From positions 161,696,001 through 161,760,000 of the forward strand of contig OZ024741.1 in assembly GCA_964016885.1 (NCBI GenBank): a stretch of DNA of 64,000 bases. Reading direction: 5' to 3'. Below, piece after piece: positions 37,244 to 50,045 of the stretch. Under the pieces are notes generated by a model, which worked only from the letters and a program-made list of their open reading frames with translations, did no database searches and had not been told where the DNA came from. A program made the position numbers and the translations under genes. Position 1 is the stretch's first letter; each line of letters opens with the position of its first letter. This DNA comes from Eledone cirrhosa (taxonomy: Eukaryota).

Positions 37244-37350
37244 AATTGTTTCTACTTTTGGCACAAGGCCAGCAATTATCCAGTACATTACTGGTACTTT
37301 ATTTTATCGACCCCGTAAGGATGAAAGGCAAAGTTAACCTCGACGGGATT
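37244..37350 (-). mobile_element. 5'-truncated Deu/Nin-like SINE
   Basis: Same core, reversed; flanked by the direct repeat TAGAAAATAAT. Similar truncated copies at 25193-25417 and 30342-30452. Confidence 0.8.
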
Positions 37351-37789
37351 AGAAAATAATGCAACTTGCTTGTTCGGGTTATCTATAATTTGTCTTTATC
37401 ATCTATTTATTTTATACTGTTTACTGATATATTTACTTATTTGTTTTTGTACATGCCAGGAGCCGATGAGGGTCTAAAAAGTTTGTGGATCCCCTGTTTA
37501 AAATATCGTGAATTTAAGAGTGTATACGAGTTTCGACGATCAAAATAAAAATCGTTGGAATAAAAAATCGAAAATGACCTAAATAGAAAATAAGACGCAA
37601 TATTATATAATAATAAATGATTATTCTGTACCTAAAAAAAGAAAGATCGCAATAAAATTCACTTGGAAAACAACAATTCTAGTGAAAATAAGAAAATCTA
37701 AAAAAGATAGATTAAAAAAAGTTACTTATAAGGAAAATTGAAAAGAATAGATTTTGATGTCACATTCTTTTCTGTTTTTTAAAACGTAC

Positions 37790-37873
37790 CAGGTTGACCA
37801 ATCTTAGAGTAGATAAATCCTCGGCCCAGATGGTATGTAATATAAGAAAGAAACAACCAAAAGTAAGCTGCAT
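37790..37873 (-). CDS. ACP2: Acid phosphatase exon 1 (start codon, signal peptide)
   Basis: ATG at 37873. MQLTFGCFFLILHTIWA-EDLSTLRLVNL is a hydrophobic signal peptide followed by the beta strand that precedes RHG. Donor CTG|GTACGT; 84 nt, phase 0, matching exon 2. Confidence 0.88.
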
Positions 37874-38299
37874 GATTTGGAACCTCCAAAAATCTAACGT
37901 TACTTTTTTTCTGTGCGATGGAAACTTAAGGGGCACATAACTCTGTTTTCTCCCGATTGTAAACATTGCTCAAAGCAATCGTTTAATACAGTACTAAAAA
38001 AAAGAAGAAAAATATGAAAATGGGGAGAAGACCTGCACACTCAATCACATATCACAAGAGGTGCTGGAGTCTCCCTCTAATAATCCCCACGTTGTTTTTA
38101 CCCTATTGTTTATTATAATATATTTTAATTATATATATATTATATATATTTTATTATAATATATATATTATAATATATTTATTATAATATATTTATTATA
38201 ATATATTTTTAAGTATATATCTTAAGTATGGTCATTTGGTACTCGGTGAGGGTAATTTGACTCATACCAAGGTAGAGATGATCCTCTTCTGAGTATCGA

Positions 38300-38580
38300 G
38301 CTTCACTTGGTAGCGATGCCTCCCAGATGGGCATTAATACGAGAAGCGATAGTTAAACTTGAGCGGGTGGTTGGTCCACTCCTCGAGCCTCGACTTAAAA
38401 ATGTTGACAGAGGGTCCGTCAACTGTTTCTTCCAATGGTTGATCGCACGTGCATAAAAGAAGTGGTTCCTAGGACTTGGTTGGTATTGCACCTAGAGCTT
38501 CCTGTTGTGTCCTTGGGTCGTCCTGCTGAGTGCCTCTTTGAACAATGCATTGCCGCAGATGGGCAAATTCCTATAAGCCT
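38300..38580 (-). mobile_element. CR1/L2-type LINE 3' fragment (different family from the 121-1342 copy)
   Basis: Translates to TTQGHNRKL.VQYQPSPRNHFFYARAINHWK, a TRGH...FF..R....WN-like motif. Confidence 0.65.
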
Positions 38581-39497
38581 TCTATATTAAAGGCAAAGTA
38601 AAGATCCGATGTTCTTGATATTTTGATTAAAAAGAAAAAGTAATGAAGCCTATCGCTAGACTGGACCATGGAAACGATGTTTCCATTAGTCGTTCTATTT
38701 CTGATAATATCTGTCGGTTGCAAATTTTGGCAGAAGGAACATGAAATCAAGCGTCCGCCACCCGCCCCAGGAAGCAAACCCACGACTTCATAATCGTAAG
38801 TCCAACACAAACCACTAGGTCTCGCGCCGTTCGTTTTTGATTAAACGAGTCGTGTTTGCAAGAACATTTGTATATGAGTATGTGCGTCCGTATTTGCACG
38901 AAGATATGTGGAAAAATATGTTTAAAAACCGTCAATTTATATTCGCGAATCTTTCTTGCGTCATTGAAATATATAGTTGCAGTTAAATATATGTACGTAT
39001 ATTTTTATGTTTCACCTCGGTTAACTTATATACATGTTGCATTTAATTTCGTTTAGTTCGTATAATAATGAAATTATTGTGTATAGTGCTCAGGTGCATT
39101 ACAACTATATATTTCACATCAGCTGATATGTATATTTCATTTGGAGGTGGCGAAATGGTAGAGTTGTTAGAACGCCTGATAGAATGCTTAATGGTATTTC
39201 TTCCAGCTGTCTGTGCTTTGAGTTCAAATTTCGCCGAGGTCAATAAAAAAACACCAGTCCAATACTGGAGTCGATTATTCCTCTTTATCTCTCTTTCTCT
39301 TACTTTTCCTCTTCCAAGCTTATCAGAACTTTCGGTGGTGTTGTTTGAGATACGATATAGCCTTATCCATGACGCATTTACTGACTCAACTGCGATAGTG
39401 CCTTAATGACGACTGTCTCAGAGACCAACAATGTGAAAAGAGATCGAAGCCAGCTTATTTGGCATAAATACCCGTGAATTATAGACATTATATACAC

Positions 39498-39651
39498 GAC
39501 ACCATGCTTTGCGGCATAGAGTTACGGCCCTTTACGGACTGAGTTCAAATCCCGCCGAGGTTAACTTTGCCTTTCATCCTTACGAGGTTGATAAAATAAA
39601 GTACCAGTAATGCACTAGGTAATTGCTGGCTTTGTGCCAAAAGCAGAAACA
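39498..39651 (+). mobile_element. Deu/Nin-like SINE with 11-bp TSD, inserted in an older dispersed repeat
   Basis: TSD ATTATATACAC at 39487-39497 and 39652-39662. The host repeat (~39335-39710) is homologous to ~41360-41590. Confidence 0.82.
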
Positions 39652-40049
39652 ATTATATACACTACAGCTATTTGGAGGTCGATATTTCATATCCTGTGAT
39701 AATTTCGATATATTATCTTCTGGCCCAGATTGCTGAGAAAATAAGCAGTCGTAAAAAAAAAAGGTAGTGAAAGAGAGTGCTGCTAGTGTATGGTTTGAAA
39801 TATATGGGATCTAGATCTTTGACGGCTGAAAACTTTCGTAGCATCGAACTTGCTCTACATGTATGTAGCAAGATTTGAACTTTTGTTCTCCATTTGTTAA
39901 AATAAATTGTGGCTACCACACACACTGATAGATATTAACTTCTTTTATTTTGTTGCAAAATTATCTAGAGCAGGGATCCCTAACCTGTGACTCTAGGGCC
40001 ACATACAGCCATTTAAGGATGTACAGTGCAGCTCTCAGAACAAGATAAG

Positions 40050-40370
40050 AATTATGTTGTGACACGTTCTCTGCCTCCAACTTAGTCACTTTGGCCATAA
40101 ACCCTGGTACTGCGGCCTGCAATGCAGAGGAAAGGAAGGCAAACAAATACCGAGGTTTGTCCGGCCGCTTCCTCTTAGCACTGGTCATCGTTGAGACCTC
40201 AGGCATACTTGGACCCTGTACTGCCAAGCTCCTCTGGAAGATCGGAACATCAGCAACCTGTCTGAGGAAGGAGCGAGGTGGGATGACTGTGGCAGTAGGT
40301 GTTGCTGGTCATTGTCCGTGGGAATGCTTTTGCGGTCCTGTCCACAGAATGCAGCCCCAACACTGCCACA
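40050..40370 (+). mobile_element. Second CRE-clade LINE 3' fragment
   Basis: CCDTFSASNLV.LAINPGTAACNAEERKANKYRGLSGRFLLALVIVETSGILGPCTAKLLWKIG...VRGNAFAVLS; homologous to 32470-32780. Confidence 0.82.
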
Positions 40371-41171
40371 CCCAAGAGCAAGAAGACAATGTAAATGTGA
40401 AAATATTTAAAATAAGTAATTATCCATGTAGTTAATAGTTCATACATAGTAAAAATTATGTTCGTTTTCTCCTCGTTTCCATGCTCTTGAATGCATGAGT
40501 TGGAATTCGGTACTGTTGGTTTCGATGTTGTAGCAGCAATGGTTGTAAACATAGATGCATGTGAAAAGGTTTCTGTTTGTCTAGGAAAATTTTGTGTTTA
40601 TTGAGATTCTTGTTGCAGGGACGCTAAGAGTTAATGTTATCCATACCATTTGTTATTGACTGAATGATGTTTGGAGTTTTTTTCATTATGTCTTCCAATA
40701 GATTTATTATGACTTTCAAAATGAGAGCAAATAAGAGAAAAATATAATTTAGTACTGTCATAACATCATTATCCCAATGATGCAGGCCTGGACATGTCAT
40801 CAACAGCAAAATGAAAGTTTGCATTAAATAATTTTGTATGTTGTTTTCTTGAAAGAAGGTTATGTCCTGAAATTTTGCATATTGTTTTATTTCAGAAGGC
40901 TGCATGTTGAAACGGGTTGTCACCAATTTAGCAGAAATTTTGGTGGTGTTGGTAGACATTTTAGTAGTTATATGGTTGATCATTGTGGTTGAAATGTTAG
41001 CTGATGTGTTGAATGGTGTTGTTGAGAAACAATCAGGATGACAATGAATTGGTATAGGCAAGCAAGGAAAACCAAATTACTAATTTTGATATTTTTATTT
41101 GTGGTATGGTGTTTGATGTAACAGGTTGTTGAATGTAGTGTTCACAGATAAAAACATTTTAGTATATGTTT

Positions 41172-41322
41172 AGAGTTACGGCCCTTTATATTCTGAGTTC
41201 AAATCCCGCTGGGGTTAACTTTGCCTTTCTTCCTTATGGGGTTGATAAAATACACTGGGGTCGATTTCATCAACTTTCCCCTTCCCTTCAAATTACTAGC
41301 TTTGTGCCTAAAGTAGAAACCA
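41172..41322 (+). mobile_element. Deu/Nin-like SINE fragment
   Basis: B-box GAGTTCAAATCC plus core and 3' tail. Confidence 0.78.
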
Positions 41323-42489
41323 TTATGATATGTTGGAATTTGTGAGTGAATGTGAAGACATTGTTTGAGATAAGATATAGCCTTGTGCAAGGTTTTACTG
41401 ACCTGGTTGCAGCAGTACCTTATTGAGCATTGACTACTATAGCCAGGCTTCAGCTGTCAACTGTCTCAAAGACCAACAGAATGAAAAGAAGTGATAAAAG
41501 CCTGATTGATTTGGCTTAAATGCCCGTCAGTCTTATGACAGCTATTTTGGTAGTCTGCATTTCATATCTACAGATTTACCAGTGATAATTTTCCTACACA
41601 ATGTAATGGCAAAAATAGCTTCAAAGGAGGGGAAGTGGAGGGGTATAGATGGGGTGGGTATCAAGATAAAAAAAAAAAACTTTGTACAAATGGTCAGTTG
41701 ATAATAATTACTTACACATATTTGTGTTTATATATGTATCTTTTTACGTGCATTCTTTACCTCTCTTTATTTTGTGCTGTTAATTATGGCAGTATTTTGA
41801 CTGGCAGATAGTATCAACAGTGGAAAGACCAAAGGAAACATTGATTCCTTGGTCCAATCTGAGAAATAGCTCTTTTCTGTTTTCTTTTTTTCCTCGACTC
41901 ATGATAATTCTCTCTTACTCTCTCTCTCCTTTTCCCTATATGTTGTCAAATATAACAACAGATCAATGAACCAACTCATATGGAGTATTATATATTAGAG
42001 ATATTAAGAAATTAGACTGTGTGTGTTTTGTTGTTTAATTCAATGAACTTTAAAATGGAAATAGAATTTCAAGAAACTTCAGGTTGTGGAATCATATAGA
42101 GTATCATTAAAAGGGGTATATACATACATAGTGAAGGTATGTGTCTTCATGATTAGGGTGTTTGGCTCACAGTAGTAAGGTTATGGGCTTAATTCTCGTC
42201 ATCATACACCTATTTTCCATGCTTTCGTGTGTTAGATGGGTTGTCACATTTTGAGGCTAGACAGGTCAAATGATTGCATCTCAAACATACATTTCATTTT
42301 GGCAATGTTTCTACATTTGGATGCCCTTTCTACTGCTAACCATTGAATACAATTTATTAAGGCACCAGCACTGCGACTTGGCAAGGTGGATTGGATGCTT
42401 TTTATTGTGGCCCTAATACTACCATTTTACAGAGGTATCAGGGATGTGAATGAGGGGGATGGGGGCTAGGCAGAAGAGGAATAATACTA

Positions 42490-43700
42490 GGTAAGGGATG
42501 GTAGATGTCCATATCAACGCAGTCTTCTCTCTTGTACAGTGCACATGCTTTTCTCTCAGTTAAGGATTCATTGTCCATGCATACTACTGTTATACATCCA
42601 TCAGAGCATGATTGCCTCATTTATTTTCAATCTTTAAAGATCTTCTGCATTCAAAGTCCAAATCTCACTTCTATGCACCATCATAGTTCTGACATAGGCA
42701 TCATACAACTTGCCTTTTGTCTCAGCTTTTCTCTCAGTTAAGGATTCATTGTCCATGCATACTACTGTTATACATCCATCAGAGCATGATTGCCTCATTT
42801 ATTTCCAATCTTTAAAGATCTTCTGCATTCAAAGTCCAAACCTCACTTCTATGCACCATCATAGTTCTGATATAGGCATCATACAACTTGCCTTTTGTTC
42901 TGATGCAGGAACCCTTTGTAGCCAACAGAAGTAGTAGCTTCTTGAAGTTTTTCCACTTGGTCCTCACTCTAGCTACCATACTTTCAGAATACTCAGCCCA
43001 CCTCTAATTAAGTTCCCGAGATATCAGAAGCTGTCAACTACTTCTAAGAAGCCATCTGAGCATTTGTTATGTATGTTTCATGTGAGTGCTTGCTGCTTAC
43101 TATTCTTGGGCATCTTGCACATACATAGCTTACATGCTTTGTTAGCCTGCCGAAGACCCCTTCTACATATCTTGTGTTACCCATAGTTTACATATTGTGC
43201 ACTGTATGAAATTTATACTAGCTCATTTTTTGCATATTGAACATGGCTATTTCATTGCAGATTCAGCTATAAGAACTAGATCATCTGCACACAGGAATTC
43301 CCATGCACAGCCAGTCATAAATACCTCTGTACAAGCCAATCATCTACTCTTAGTTTTCTAAAAGCCCACTAGATTATGGTGTGAGATATTGTCAAAAGTT
43401 TTCTTCAAGTCAATGAGTGCTAGGTAGAGACACTCATTGACCTAGCTAAGTATTTCTCCTGAAGTCTCACAAAGAAGAGGGCATCAGTTGTACCTTTACC
43501 TGGCACAAAGCCAAACTGCATTGTGTCTAGGTTAACTCAATTCCAGATCAGTTGTGTTATAACTCTTTCAGTAACTTTCATTACTTAGTCTGCAACTTGA
43601 TGCTTCTATAGTTTTCCCCTGTCTAATATCTCTCTCTTGCCCATGTAGCAGTTGATGACACTGCTGCTATGCCGGTTATTGGGTGTGACACCATCTTGTA
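42490..43700 (-). mobile_element. Decayed RTE-clade LINE RT fragment containing a ~178-bp tandem duplication
   Basis: The minus strand gives MQFGFVPGKGTTDALF, IDLKKTFD, LCADDLVLIAES and VDSF.YLG with many stops. Duplicated block starts at 42547 and 42725. Confidence 0.8.
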
Positions 43701-43837
43701 TTATCTGATTTACATGCATATGAACATACATATTTATATGGGCATATGTATTTATATAGGTATATGGCATCTCTATATATATGGCGATGAATTTGTTTTG
43801 CAAGGTTTTTGATATGAAATTGTGTTGAAACAAATAT

Positions 43838-44751
43838 TGTTATATTTGGGGAGGGTCATATTGTTATAATATTGCCTGAAATATATAATAAAACACACTC
43901 ACTGTTTGGTTTGGATTGGTTTTTGCTTCTGTATATTTTATATCCCTATAGTTAATTTAGCTGGCAATCAATGTTTATAATTGATTGACCAACAGTTAAA
44001 AATATAGATATAAATATATATATATAGTCAATCAAAGTTCTTTCATCACACACCTGTGACATTATTTATTTATTTATTTAAATAAATAAAAATTAAACAA
44101 TAGAATAGACATTACAATACAATGGGGGGGGACATAATAGTACCACTGATGATGTCACAGATGTGTGATGAAACAACTTTGATAGACTATATATATATAT
44201 AACGAAGGAGTTGTGGTAAGGAACCAGATGGACCATAACACACCAGAGTACTCAATACTTAGGGCAGTAGAGTGGGTAATAGGAGAAAGTATGACCCCGA
44301 TGGCAGAGCTCAAGCTGTTTCGACGGCTATTTCTGGACTTTATACTTTCTCCTATATATATATAAATTCACCGAGAATCGCATTTCGGCGGGTAGAAAAA
44401 TCGAAACGAAACGCAAAATCAGAGTTATGCTGGCAAGCGCTCCATAGTTAAAAAAATCAGAGCTAAACAATATGTTAAAACGCCATACAAACTGAAAAAG
44501 TGGTCAAGAAGGCATTTACCACCTCAGCCAAAAAACAAATCAAGCTAAACAGGTCAAACAAAATAAATGATATATTTATATCTATATTTTTAACTGTTGG
44601 TCAATCGATGATAAACATTGATTGCCAGCTAAATTAACTGTTGGGATATAAAATATACAGAAGTGAAAACCAATCCAAACCAAATAATGAGTGCGTTTTA
44701 TTATATATTTCTGGCAATATTATAACAATATGACCCTACCCAAATATAACA
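43838..44751. repeat. Long inverted repeat (arms ~43838-44018 and ~44571-44751) enclosing a small TIR element and other inserts
   Basis: The arms are reverse complements, e.g. GTTAATTTAGCTGGCAATCAATGTTTAT vs ATAAACATTGATTGCCAGCTAAATTAAC. Confidence 0.88.
44025..44189. mobile_element. MITE with ~38-bp TIRs in a (TA)n context
   Basis: TAGTCAATCAAAGTTCTTTCATCACACACCTGTGACAT ... ATGTCACAGATGTGTGATGAAACAACTTTGATAGACTA. Confidence 0.78.
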
Positions 44752-45104
44752 TATGTATGTATAAGAATTTCTTTGTTGCAGATGCAGAAATCAAATATCA
44801 AAATACCTACCCACTAAAACTCTTCCTATTCCCATTCTTCTTCCCATGTGTTCCAATGTGTTGGCCCAATGGACGGTTGTATAAGTGAGATTGTAGAGAT
44901 GCTAGAGTGAAAGAAAATGGATGTATGTTATGTACAGCAAAAAACAATGCTACAAATGTTTCTTGCTATTAAAAATATGATGTTGCCACATACAAAGAAA
45001 AATATCTTGTCCCTGTGTGTACCCACTAATCTTATGGATTTATTTCTCTCCCTTTACCCACTTCCTCCCTCTCCTACATTATGCTCTCAATCACACTGTC
45101 TCTT

Positions 45105-45343
45105 GCAGGCTACCTCTGACCTGGCATCTGATCTCTCCCCCCCTCTCTCTCTCGCTGGCTACCTCTGACCTGGCATCTGATTCCCCCCTCTCTCTCTCTC
45201 TCTCTCTCTCTCGCAGGCTACCTCTGACCTGGCATCTGATCCCCCCCCCCTCTCTCTCTCTCTCTCTCGCAGGCTACCTCTGACCTGGCATCTGACCCCC
45301 CCCTCTCTCTCTCTCGCAGGCTACCTCTGACCTGGCATCTGAT

Positions 45344-45381
<38 letters not shown>

Positions 45382-45469
45382 CAGGCTACCTCTGACCTGG
45401 CATCTGATCCCCCCTTCTCTCTCTCTCTCTCTCTCTCTCTCGCAGGCTACCTCTGACCTGGCATCTGAT

Positions 45470-45500
<31 letters not shown>

Positions 45501-45746
45501 GCAGGCTACCTCTGACCTGGCATCTGATCCCCCCCCCTCTCTCTCTCTCTCTCGCAGGCTACCTCTGACCTGGCATCTGACCCCCCCTCTCTCTCTCTCT
45601 CTCTCTCTCGCAGGCTACCTCTGACCTGGCATCTGATCTCTCCCCGCCCTCTCTCTCTCTCTCTCTCTCGCAGGCTACCTCTGACCTGGCATCTGACCCC
45701 CCCCCCTCTCTCTCTCTCGCAGGCTACCTCTGACCTGGCATCTGAT

Positions 45747-45788
<42 letters not shown>

Positions 45789-45812
45789 GGCTACCTCTGA
45801 CCTGGCATCTGA

Positions 45813-45844
<32 letters not shown>

Positions 45845-45931
45845 CGCAGGCTACCTCTGACCTGGCATCTGATCTCTCCCCGCCCTCTCTCTCTCTCTCT
45901 CTCGCAGGCTACCTCTGACCTGGCATCTGAT

Positions 45932-45964
<33 letters not shown>

Positions 45965-46046
45965 GCAGGCTACCTCTGACCTGGCATCTGATCTCTCCCC
46001 ACCCTCTCTCTCTCTCGCAGGCTACCTCTGACCTGGCATCTGATCT

Positions 46047-46079
<33 letters not shown>

Positions 46080-46222
46080 GCAGGCTACCTCTGACCTGGC
46101 ATCTGATCTCCCCCCCTCTCTCTCTCTCTCTCTCTCACTGGCTACCTCTGACCTGGCATCTGATCCCCCCCTCTCTCTCTCTCTCTCTCTCGCAGGCTAC
46201 CTCTGACCTGGCATCTGATCTC

Positions 46223-46261
<39 letters not shown>

Positions 46262-46410
46262 GGCTACCTCTGACCTGGCATCTGATCTCCCCCCCCTCTC
46301 TCTCTCTCTCTCTCGCAGGCTACCTCTGACCTGGCATCTGATCTCCCCCCCCCCTCTCTCTCTCTCTCTCGCTGGCTACCTCTGACCTGGCATCTGATCT
46401 CTCTCTCTCT
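45105..46410 (+). repeat. 23-unit minisatellite: invariant core GGCTACCTCTGACCTGGCATCTGA with variable (C)n(TC)n-GCA linkers
   Basis: 23 cores counted; linker length differs from unit to unit. Confidence 0.97.
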
Positions 46411-46915
46411 CACCTTCTCTTTTCCTCCCTGAGGGGATGGATTTCTCAGCAATGTAGCTGCCACTTCTGCTAAGCCCCCCTCCCCCCAGTTGAGGACTGT
46501 CACTTCCACCATGCACTCATCTCTCATCCTCCCATCACTCCCTATCACTGCCTGATTGAGGACTGCTATATCTGCCATATTCTCATCTTTTATCCTTTCT
46601 TCCATCACTGTTTCTTCATCCCCACTTTGTTCTAGTATTAATGTCCCCCTAAAACACACCCAGTGTACCCTGTAAAGTGATAGTGCCAGTGTCATGATAA
46701 AATACACCCAGTAGATATTGTAAAGTGTTTGGCATTAGGAAGGGCATCTAGCCATAGAAACTTTGTCAAAATGGAATGTTAGAGCAGGATGTGGCCATCT
46801 GAACTGTCTAGTCTTAGATTAAGACAACTTATCCAACCATGCCTGCATGGAACATTAATATAAAACAGTGATGATGATATATATATGAATGTGTGAATAT
46901 CCATGTCTGTACTTT

Positions 46916-47920
46916 TATAATAATGAAAATAATGTGTACCGTGCTCAGGTGCACTACAACTCATCAAAAGTGTATGCATAGTACATAGGGTAATGTACAA
47001 ACGTCAAGAAAATGAACAGAGCATGAGTCATGATATACACATGTGTGCATATGTATGGAAGGGGGACATCAGGTGTAGTTTTGGCGAATTTTGGGAATCA
47101 TGAGGGTTTTAAAGGCTGCAGTGTCCCGGCAGCTAACAACTGACGCAGGCAGTTTGTTCCATGCTTCAGCAACTCTAAGCGTGGAAAAATGTTTCCGAAA
47201 GTCATGGGAGCTGTGCTGTTTTCTGACTTTGTAGGCATGTCCACGTGTGTTAGACACATGGAGATCAAAAAGGTGCTCAGGGTTGTTGTTAGGGAGATGG
47301 TTAACTTTGTGGGTGTTTACCAAGTTTATTGCAGACGTCGGAGCTTAAATGAATCCATGCCCAGGGAAGCAAGGCGTTCAGAGTATGGTAGGTGTCTGAT
47401 GGAGGGTATGCGCTTGGTTGCACGTCTCTAAACAGTTTCCAGGAGGTCAATGTTCTGAGCAAGATAGGGGTTCCGGACTGATGATGCAAATTCCAAGTGT
47501 GGTTGTACCATAGCTGTATACAGCTTTAAATAGATGGCTGGAGAGCGGCTAACAAAGGTCTTGCTGAGTGATGCCAAGACACCCTCGGCCTTCTTGACAA
47601 TTTTAGAGATGTGTTTTGTCTAACGTAAATCGCTGCTGACAGTAATGCCCAGGTCACGTTCACAAGAGGACTTCTTGATATCAGTGTTGTGGAGGGAGTA
47701 TCTGGACGCTGGATTTTTCCACCCAAAATGCATGGTGGTACACTTGTCCACAGCCAGCTTCAGTTGCCAGTCTGTGATCCATTGCTGCATTGTGTCCAGG
47801 TCTGATTATAGGAAAGAGTTATAGATTTCAGGATCTGTCCTTTTGATTTCAAGGTACTGCTTGATGTCATCTGCATATTTCAGTACTGTGGCATTCTTTA
47901 AGTTGGCATCTATGTCATTA
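46916..47920 (-). mobile_element. Second copy of the same CR1-clade LINE (5'-truncated, frameshifted)
   Basis: Colinear with 250-1262 at high identity; ORF pieces HVSNTRGHAYKVRKQHSSHDFRKHF...WNKLP. Confidence 0.93.
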
Positions 47921-47929
47921 TGTGCTTAT

Positions 47930-48240
47930 ATTTACTGTTTGTTTATGCCCCCCAACTTTGTGGCTCAACAAAAAAGAGATCGATAGAATAAGTACCAGAC
48001 ATGAAAAATAAGTACTGTGGATGATATGATCGACAAAATCATTTCAAGACGATGCTCCAGCATGGTTACAGTCAAATGACTGAAACCAATAAAAAAACAA
48101 AAACAAAAAAGAAAAAACATAAAAATGTGGTGCTCCACCATGGCTGCAAACTAATGACTAAAACCAGTAAAAGATAAAAAGCATGTGGTGTTCCAGCATG
48201 ACCACAGTCTAATGACTGGAACCAGTAAAAGAATAAAAGC
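47930..48240 (+). mobile_element. CORE-type SINE 3' part with a triplicated tail
   Basis: GTGCTCCAGCATGGC...AATGACTGAAACCAGTAAAAGA occurs three times; related pieces at 1-110, 1350-1425 and 23650-23925. Confidence 0.65.
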
Positions 48241-49904
48241 ATATTGTGAAATAAATTTGTGTTGGGAAGGAGAGGCCAGAAAAGTAGCTAAATGCCAGTA
48301 AGTTAACAACAATAAAACATGTCCTAACATGATCCCTCTCATCAAACAAAGACATATAATAATAACAGTGAAATGGTCTTTCATTTAATCAACATCTACC
48401 TATGTAGATAGTACGGTATGTACGCATTATATATTCTTGCCAAATCATAAGATTGCTTTGGCTTATTTATATTTTATATAAATTCTGAGGGTGTCATTGA
48501 CAACCGACTAAAAGTTTTCTACTAACTACAATACATACAATTAATATTCTGGTAGAAACAACTAGAAAAGCAGATATGAAATATTCTGTAAGTAATGATT
48601 TTTTTTTTATGAAAGGTTTTCTTTTTTGGGGTGGGGCGTAATCTTGCCAAATACATATGTAGTTAAAAATTAAGCCAACAACAATAGGGCATGAAAAAAA
48701 TAACGATAATAACTTGACTTTCTTGAACTACCGTAACAAATAAGTATTGTTTTAGCTTGGTTACTTCTAAATTAACTAAATGTTGTTGTTTTTTCATAAC
48801 ATATGTGTTTTTAAAAGGAAATTATTTTTATATACACATGAAATGTTAAGTATATTTTGTTTTCGAAGTTGAACATTTCATTACAAATTTAAAAGAATTG
48901 GGATGGGGGTTGAAAAAATCCAGTTTGGGATAATACTTCACTGTATTACCTGAATAACTTTCAGGGCTAGTTTAAAGCAACTAGAGGCATTGGGCTACTG
49001 AACATTTGGAATCCCCCAGCAACTGCTCACTTTATGAAAATTAAAAGAATATGAATGAAGGCTTCCGCATAAAACAATGCAGAGATTCCAGCTTCAATCT
49101 ATGCTGACCTCCAAAACAAAGATGACACCCAAAGAAAAGGAAAAGTATTTAATAACAAGCGTAATATTCAAAATTTTGACAAAAATGTCTTGTTTTAAAG
49201 AGCTATATTTAATATTTAAAACAGGATGGGGTACCTTAGTAAATCTATGCAAATCTAGCCTACTTTGGTAGATCCTTTCAATATTTCGGTGACTATCTCT
49301 AATGGATTAGTTGCTTCTCATTGTCTTCATATCTGTAGGCTTGTGAGACCAGAAGTGAGCGGGGAGGTGACATCAGGCCAGCGGAGTAGAGTGGCCCTTT
49401 TCCACTTTCATGTATAACCATATGCAGGGTAGAACATACTGGTGATGGTTATTTTGGAAATATAAAGTGTTTTGAGTTGCTTATATGTGTGTGAAAGAGC
49501 CAAAGTTACAAATTCCCTAAGTTTGTTCTGGAAGAAAAATAAGCTCTTTGTATAATTTCAACCTCAATAACTGCCCTTTTGACTGTATAATTGCCAACTT
49601 CAAAAGCTGTTCTCTCTGTTGGATCTACATGAGACTTTCCCTTGTCCCCTCTCTCTCCACCCTCCCATGCAATCTCTCATATTAGGCCAAAACTCTTCTA
49701 CTTCCTTTATCAAACAAAGGGTAAAGATCCCCTTTCGGCATGAATGACCATGGGATTTGCACCTAGAAAGTTTCCCTCCAAGGCACAAGTCCGGGCAAGG
49801 TTGTTTGAGGAAGACCAGCAGTCACCCATGCATACCAGCCTCTCCTCTCTATACCACCGATGATGTCCAAGAGAAAGGCAATGGCTGATACAGCTTGACA
49901 CCTG

Positions 49905-50045
49905 TGATGCTGCAACTCATTTCTACAGCTGAGTAAACTGGAGCAACGTGAAAATAAAGAGTCTTGCTCAAGGACACAACGCATTACCTGGTCCAAGAAT
50001 CGAACTCACAGCCCAATACTCTAATCACTAAGCCATGTGCCTTCA
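49905..50045 (-). mobile_element. tRNA-derived CORE-type SINE head
   Basis: Reverse of GGCTTAGTG...GAGTTCGATTC...GTGTCCTTGAGCAAGAC; similar heads at 22440-22570, 24770-24860 and 53213-53370. Confidence 0.7.

Larger units (their letters stand above)
1443..37873 (-). other. ACP2: Gene span (exons 1-8, 3'-incomplete) of a histidine acid phosphatase, lysosomal/prostatic type
   Basis: Eight exons joined by GT-AG introns give a continuous ORF: MQLTFGCFFLILHTIWAEDLSTLRLVNL|VYRHGDRSP...GWLSN|IGKMQQ...IHNE|ISVESS...GEEDN|MLQISKNCPKY...|PFYEFL...LICE|RHHNF...RLKGG|PLLKRM...MFSA. It aligns by eye with ACP2/ACP3. The exon carrying the HD motif lies beyond the window start. The symbol denotes family likeness; orthology is untested. 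Confidence 0.93.

Noticed and set aside
45105-46410. CRISPR-like array (invariant repeat with variable spacers)
   Set aside because: The spacers are only (C)n(TC)n length variants, there are no cas genes, and the context is eukaryotic. The same applies to the other core-plus-linker arrays.
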